Position numbers and translations under genes: made by a program. DNA of 64,000 nucleotides from Patescibacteria group bacterium. GTDB lineage: Bacteria; Patescibacteriota; Patescibacteriia; UBA10025; JBIOWE01. This document shows positions 58,989 through 64,000 of the stretch, piece after piece; the stretch's first letter is position 1, and each line of letters opens with the position of its first letter. The notes under the pieces were generated by a model. The model did no database searches and had not been told where the DNA came from. It saw nothing but the letters and a program-made list of their open reading frames with translations. The stretch is taken from contig JBIOWE010000004.1 in assembly GCA_044868145.1 (NCBI GenBank), positions 137,395-201,394 of the forward strand, written 5' to 3'.

Positions 58989-61841
58989 ATGCCCATTCCC
59001 TATCTTCGACCAAAATTCACCGTCCGTGCGGTTGGCGACCGCCTCAAGAAAGCCAAACAACGCAGGTGGCGCCGGCGACTGCTCGCATACGTTAGATCTC
59101 ATCTTTTACCCATAGCCGTCATCGCAGTCTTGCTTGGCGGCGTTTTCACTGTCGGCGTTTTTGCTTGGTATTCGCGCGACCTGCCAAACCCGGATAAAGT
59201 GCTTGATCGTACATTGCCGGAAAGCACGAAAATCTTTGCGCGAGACGGCACTACGCTATTGTACGAAATTCACGGCGAACAAAAAAGGACCGTCATCGGA
59301 CTCGAAGAAATTCCCGACTATATGAAACAAGCAACAATCGCGGTTGAGGATAAAGATTTTTATCGCCACCCGGGGTTCAGCGTTACACGAATGATTAAGG
59401 CAATTATCGTGAACGTGCTTCAAGGCAGAAAGGCCCAAGGCGCCTCCACGATAACACAGCAGTTCATTAAGAATGCTCTCCTGACGTCCGAAAAAAGCTA
59501 CGCTAGGAAAATTCGAGAAATTGTTCTCGCATATCAGCTTGAACATAAATTCTCAAAAGATCAAATTCTCAAGCTGTACCTTAACGAGATCCCGTATGGT
59601 TCAAGCGCGTATGGCGTTGAATCTGCGAGTCAAACATTTTTTGGCAAAAGCGCGAAGGACCTGACCCTTTCGGAGTGCGCCCTGCTCGCCGCACTACCAC
59701 AGGCGCCGTCATTTTACTCTCCCTACGGAAGCCATACGGATGACTTGGTGAATCGGCAGAAGGTCATTCTCAACCTGATGGTGGAACAAGGCTATATAAC
59801 AAAAGAACAGGCGGAAGGGGCGAAAAAGGATGACGTGCTTGCTCGCGTCCAACCGAAACGAGAATCCATTCTCGCCCCGCATTTCGTATTCTATGTGAAA
59901 GAACTTTTGAGTGAAAAATATGGAGAAAAAATTGTTGAACAGGGGGGCCTCAAGGTTATCACGACGCTCAATATCGACAAGCAGCGGATAGCGGAAGAAG
60001 TAATTGCAAAGTACGGTGATCGCAATGAAAAACAATATAAGGCCCGCAACGCAGGCCTCGTGAGTATTGATACGAAAACCGGGCAGGTGCTGGCGATGGT
60101 TGGATCACGCGACTACTTTAATACAGAAAACGACGGCAATGTGAACGTGACCATTCGACCTCGTCAACCAGGCTCATCGTTTAAACCATTTGTCTACTTA
60201 ACCGCTTTTAAAAAAGGGTACACGCCGGAGACAATTCTTTTTGACCTCGTGACGAAATTTAAAACCGACACGAAAGACTACGAACCCCACAACTACGACT
60301 CAAAAGAACATGGCCCGCTTACGATGCGCCAGGCGCTTGCTGGGTCGCTCAACATCCCCGCAGTTAAAACGCTTTACCTTGCTGGCATTAATAATGTACT
60401 CGATACGGCCGAAGATTTTGGCTATACAACCTTTGCTGACCGCTCACGATACGGATTATCGCTCGTCCTTGGCGGCGGTGAGGTGACATTGCTTGAGCAC
60501 ACCGCGGCGTATGCAACGCTCGCGCGCGAGGGCATGCGCCACCCAACCGCTGTTGTTTTGAAGGTCGAAGATAAAAACGGCAAAGTGCTTGAGGAATTCA
60601 AGAACGATGAAACACGCGTCATTGACGAAGAATACGTCCGCAAGCTCAATAGCATCCTTTCGGATAATGATGCTCGATCGTTTATTTTTGGCTCGCGTAA
60701 TTACCTCACCTTGCCTGACCGGCCAGTTGCCGCAAAAACAGGAACAACCAACGATTATCGAGATGCGTGGACTCTCGGATATACGCCATCAACGGCAACC
60801 GGGGTTGTTGTCCTGAACAACGATAACTCAGAAATGAGTCGCGGCGCCGACGGCTCGGTTGTTGCTGCGCCCATTTGGCAAGAATACATGAAGCGTACCG
60901 TTGGGGGGCCAGCAGAACCATTCAAGGCGCCAAAAGCCAATGAGGCAAAAAAGCCTATTCTGCGGGGCCAGCTTGAGGGCGAAACAACCATAAAAGTTGA
61001 TAAGTACACGGGCAAGCGGATCCCGTCGTCGTGCATCGATTCATACCCAGCAGATTATATTGTTGAGAAAACTGTCCGGGTCGTGCACGACATTCTTTTT
61101 TACGTCAATAAGGACGACCCGAACGGGCCAGAACCATCCAACCCGGCTGCAGACCCGCAGTTCGAGAGGTGGGAAGAACCTGTTCTACGGTGGGCGAAAG
61201 AACACGGCTATCTTGATACAATGCCGCCCGAGGAGGAATGTTCTCTCCGCACGAAAGAAAAGAAACCAACCATATCAATAACAAGCCCGCAAAGCGGCGA
61301 AACCATCACCACGTCCTCTCTTTTTGTAAGCATTTCCGTTTCTTCGAAGCGACCGGTAAAAAAAGTTGAGTACCTCGTCGACGAACGCGTAGTCGGTGAA
61401 TCTACTAACTCGCCGTTTACCACAACCTTATCGCTAGAAGGAACAACCAATGGTTTTCACGAACTCACGGCAATTGTGCATGACGCAATTGAAAACACTG
61501 GGTCCACTACCATCAGTTTCAATTACTTGGTGAACGGCTCATCTCCCGTGCTGTATATTATTTCACCCGGGGCCGGCGCTACGCTACACATGTCAAGCTT
61601 TCCCTACACTGTTTCTGGATTCGCATATGATCCGTCTGGAGTTAGCCGCGTTGATTTCTTTTTTTCCAAAGAGGGTGGCGCGGCGGTCCCTTTTGGCACC
61701 ATCAATAACCCGCCTGACAACAGCGTTTCTACTTCCTGGCTGGCCGCTCCTGGTCCGGGTAGCTACACTATTTGGATGACGATGGAAAATAACAGCGACA
61801 ACAAAACAGTGAGCGACGTTGTGCCGCTCACTGTGGATTAG
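58989..61841 (+). CDS. Class A penicillin-binding protein (PBP1A-like) with C-terminal Ig-like domains
   Basis: EDKDFY.H, GASTITQQ, SSFK, SLN, KTGT. Confidence 0.95.
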   Translation: MPIPYLRPKFTVRAVGDRLKKAKQRRWRRRLLAYVRSHLLPIAVIAVLLGGVFTVGVFAWYSRDLPNPDKVLDRTLPESTKIFARDGTTLLYEIHGEQKRTVIGLEEIPDYMKQATIAVEDKDFYRHPGFSVTRMIKAIIVNVLQGRKAQGASTITQQFIKNALLTSEKSYARKIREIVLAYQLEHKFSKDQILKLYLNEIPYGSSAYGVESASQTFFGKSAKDLTLSECALLAALPQAPSFYSPYGSHTDDLVNRQKVILNLMVEQGYITKEQAEGAKKDDVLARVQPKRESILAPHFVFYVKELLSEKYGEKIVEQGGLKVITTLNIDKQRIAEEVIAKYGDRNEKQYKARNAGLVSIDTKTGQVLAMVGSRDYFNTENDGNVNVTIRPRQPGSSFKPFVYLTAFKKGYTPETILFDLVTKFKTDTKDYEPHNYDSKEHGPLTMRQALAGSLNIPAVKTLYLAGINNVLDTAEDFGYTTFADRSRYGLSLVLGGGEVTLLEHTAAYATLAREGMRHPTAVVLKVEDKNGKVLEEFKNDETRVIDEEYVRKLNSILSDNDARSFIFGSRNYLTLPDRPVAAKTGTTNDYRDAWTLGYTPSTATGVVVLNNDNSEMSRGADGSVVAAPIWQEYMKRTVGGPAEPFKAPKANEAKKPILRGQLEGETTIKVDKYTGKRIPSSCIDSYPADYIVEKTVRVVHDILFYVNKDDPNGPEPSNPAADPQFERWEEPVLRWAKEHGYLDTMPPEEECSLRTKEKKPTISITSPQSGETITTSSLFVSISVSSKRPVKKVEYLVDERVVGESTNSPFTTTLSLEGTTNGFHELTAIVHDAIENTGSTTISFNYLVNGSSPVLYIISPGAGATLHMSSFPYTVSGFAYDPSGVSRVDFFFSKEGGAAVPFGTINNPPDNSVSTSWLAAPGPGSYTIWMTMENNSDNKTVSDVVPLTVD

Positions 61842-61859
61842 TTCTTACTGATCCTGGCC

Positions 61860-62966
61860 TTATTGCTTTATCGGCATGATCAGGTACAAATAATCTTTGG
61901 CGCTTTTCTGCCGCAACACTCCGGGCGTGCCGCCATTGTTCATTTCAAGCACCACATCAGCTTCACCGATTGCTAGCAGTCCATCAAGTAAATATCGATA
62001 GTTAAAAGTAATGGTATTTGGCTCACCCGTCACATCGCCGGCCACCGTGGTCTCGCTTTCTCCGGTTTGGCTGTTTGTCGCGGCAACGGTCAGCTGCTTT
62101 TTTTCTTGATCAAAACGTACGATAACGTCATTTACGCCAGGTTTGCAAAAGAGGCTGGCGGTTTTTACCGCATTGAGAAGTTCGGTGGATTGAACTGTCG
62201 CTGCTGTCTGAAAATTTGTGGGAATTATTTGTTTATAGTCTGGAAATTGTCCTTCGATTATGCGGGAGGTGATTGCTGTTTCTCCGGCGACAAAGAGGAT
62301 TTGGTTTTCTGCTACGCGTATGCGAACAATCGCCTCTGCGTCGCTTTCACTGAATAGTCGAAGGAGTTCATGTACTGTTCGTATGGGGAGAATGACTTGC
62401 TTGTTTTCGCTGCCCTTCTTCAGTGGCACGCTCCGCTCTGCAAGGCGATAGCTGTCCGTGGCGACCACTGTTGCTTGCTCGTTGTCAAACCTTATCAACG
62501 CGCCGCTTATTTCGGGGCGGGATTCGTCTTGAGCTGCCGCAAATGCCGCTTGTTGAAGCGCTTGTTTTAGATCTTTTTCAAGAAGTTCGAACTCCACTCC
62601 GTCACGTATTTCCGGAATAACAGGATATTCAGTGCCCTGGAGACCTTTTATTTTTACCTTTGTGTTTTTTGAGGTAATATATAGCTCTTGATCGTGGAGG
62701 TTTACATCAACACGATCGCGCGCAAGTAGTGTTACGGTTTCTCCTAGAAGTCGGGCGCTTACCGAAAACACACCCTCTTGCTCCACCTTACCTCGTATCT
62801 CTGTGGTGATCGCCTGCTCAAGGTTTGTTGCAAGAAGTTTTATTGAACCCTTTTCCGCTTTTAATAGAACATTATTAAGGATTGGCAATGATACATTTTT
62901 AGCCGCAAGGTGACTGACCGCAGAGAGCCCCGAGTTAAAGTTCTCTTGTAGACAAGAAAATTTCAT
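61860..62966 (-). CDS. dnaN: DNA polymerase III beta clamp
   Basis: LPILNNVL, ATDSYRLA, GQFPDY, YLIMPI. Confidence 0.97.
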   Translation of the reverse strand: MKFSCLQENFNSGLSAVSHLAAKNVSLPILNNVLLKAEKGSIKLLATNLEQAITTEIRGKVEQEGVFSVSARLLGETVTLLARDRVDVNLHDQELYITSKNTKVKIKGLQGTEYPVIPEIRDGVEFELLEKDLKQALQQAAFAAAQDESRPEISGALIRFDNEQATVVATDSYRLAERSVPLKKGSENKQVILPIRTVHELLRLFSESDAEAIVRIRVAENQILFVAGETAITSRIIEGQFPDYKQIIPTNFQTAATVQSTELLNAVKTASLFCKPGVNDVIVRFDQEKKQLTVAATNSQTGESETTVAGDVTGEPNTITFNYRYLLDGLLAIGEADVVLEMNNGGTPGVLRQKSAKDYLYLIMPIKQ

Positions 62967-63215
62967 ATAATTATATAGTAATAGTAATAAGCGTGTGTAT
63001 AAGAGAGGGTTTTTTGAAAATTTTGGTTAGTATTAAAGAGAGATGGGGGGGATAACTTGTGTTACCATGGTGTGTGGCTGTGTGTAGAAAATGTGGGGAC
63101 GCGGAGCGAGAAAAAACAGAAAGGGTGGTTGTGTCCGACGGGGAGGTTACTTATTCGTTCGGTGTCCCCAAAATATCGCGGTTTGCGGGTGCGGTATCAA
63201 CATGCCGCGCACAAG
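62967..63215. other. Probable replication origin (oriC) in the dnaA-dnaN spacer
   Basis: DnaA box TTATACACA (- strand, 62994-63002) next to TAG/TAA trios (62976-62990) and an AT-rich stretch; further degenerate boxes (e.g. TTATCCCCC). Confidence 0.75.
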
Positions 63216-64000
63216 CTAGGTGTACAGTTTTTGTTTTATCAACATTATATCTTGCCGCATCTTCTCGTCTTGTTCAAGTAGTGACCTGATTTTTTCATAA
63301 GCGTGCATCGCGGTAGTATGATCGCGACGACCAAGCTCCTGGCCAATTAAAGGGTAGGAGCTACTCAACTCCTCCCGCATAAGATACATAGCGATTTGAC
63401 GCGGGACAACAAGCTCTTTTTTTCTGCTACTGCCCTGTAAATCATCGACGGAAATGTCGAAAAACGCCGCAACACCGGTAATAACTTGTTTTGGCGAAAG
63501 AGAGGCGCCCCGGCGCCGGCCCTCAAGGCCCGTCAATACCGACCGAACGGATTCAAGCGTTGGTTGGGAGTTGTTCAGCTGATGAAACGCCACAATTCTA
63601 TTAAGGGCGCCCTCAAGTTCACGCACATTACTTAAGATAACATTAGCAACGTGGGTTAAAATCTCATCTGATAAGCGTAGCCCCTTTTCATTGCACTTCG
63701 CACGTAAAATCGCAATCCGCGTTTCCAGGTCTGGTTGACCAATATCGGCAATCATACCCCACTCAAATCGAGAAACAAGTCTATTCTCGAGCGCGGGGAT
63801 TGCTTTGGGCGGGCGATCGGAACTAACGACAATTTGTTTGTTGTTTTGGTGAAGCGCATTAAATGTGTGAAAGAACTCCTCTTGCGTTCCTTCTTTGCCA
63901 GCAAGAAATTGGATGTCATCCACCAAAAGGACATCGGCCGTCCGATACGCTCGCTTGAAGTTCTCCATACCACCACTGATTGACTTAATGAATTCATTGG
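63216..64000 (-). CDS. dnaA: Chromosomal replication initiator, 3' part
   Basis: DDIQF, QEEFFHTFN, SRFEWG, NVRELEGAL, RDHTT. Confidence 0.97.
   Translation of the reverse strand, partial: NEFIKSISGGMENFKRAYRTADVLLVDDIQFLAGKEGTQEEFFHTFNALHQNNKQIVVSSDRPPKAIPALENRLVSRFEWGMIADIGQPDLETRIAILRAKCNEKGLRLSDEILTHVANVILSNVRELEGALNRIVAFHQLNNSQPTLESVRSVLTGLEGRRRGASLSPKQVITGVAAFFDISVDDLQGSSRKKELVVPRQIAMYLMREELSSSYPLIGQELGRRDHTTAMHAYEKIRSLLEQDEKMRQDIMLIKQKLYT

Overview
Window from a small-genome bacterium whose gene content (VirB2-type pilins, GT-C cluster, intron-bearing 23S, GH57/GH15 glycogen cluster) points to Patescibacteria/CPR; this assignment is inference. It contains core genes (purF 5' end, rpsT, holA, polA, ssb, yebC, ruvC, tyrS, PBP1A, dnaN, dnaA 3' end) and a probable oriC with a DnaA box and DnaA-trios. 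A 23S-5S rRNA unit has no adjacent 16S and carries two group I introns, one with a LAGLIDADG ORF and an apparently non-canonical A-U 5' splice site. Other blocks are an accessory gene array after tRNA-Ser, a pilin/GT-C block and an alpha-glucan cluster. The most unusual signal is several families of tiny palindromic or heptamer elements inserted into structured RNAs and genes. Examples are a tRNA-Leu nested inside an interrupted tRNA-Leu, a four-helix-bundle gene framed by inverted heptamer arrays, GIY-YIG-linked GTCAY-tagged palindromes and a 30-nt in-frame double hairpin right after a start codon. Candidate rod-shaped small RNAs lie at 9.26-9.74 kb.
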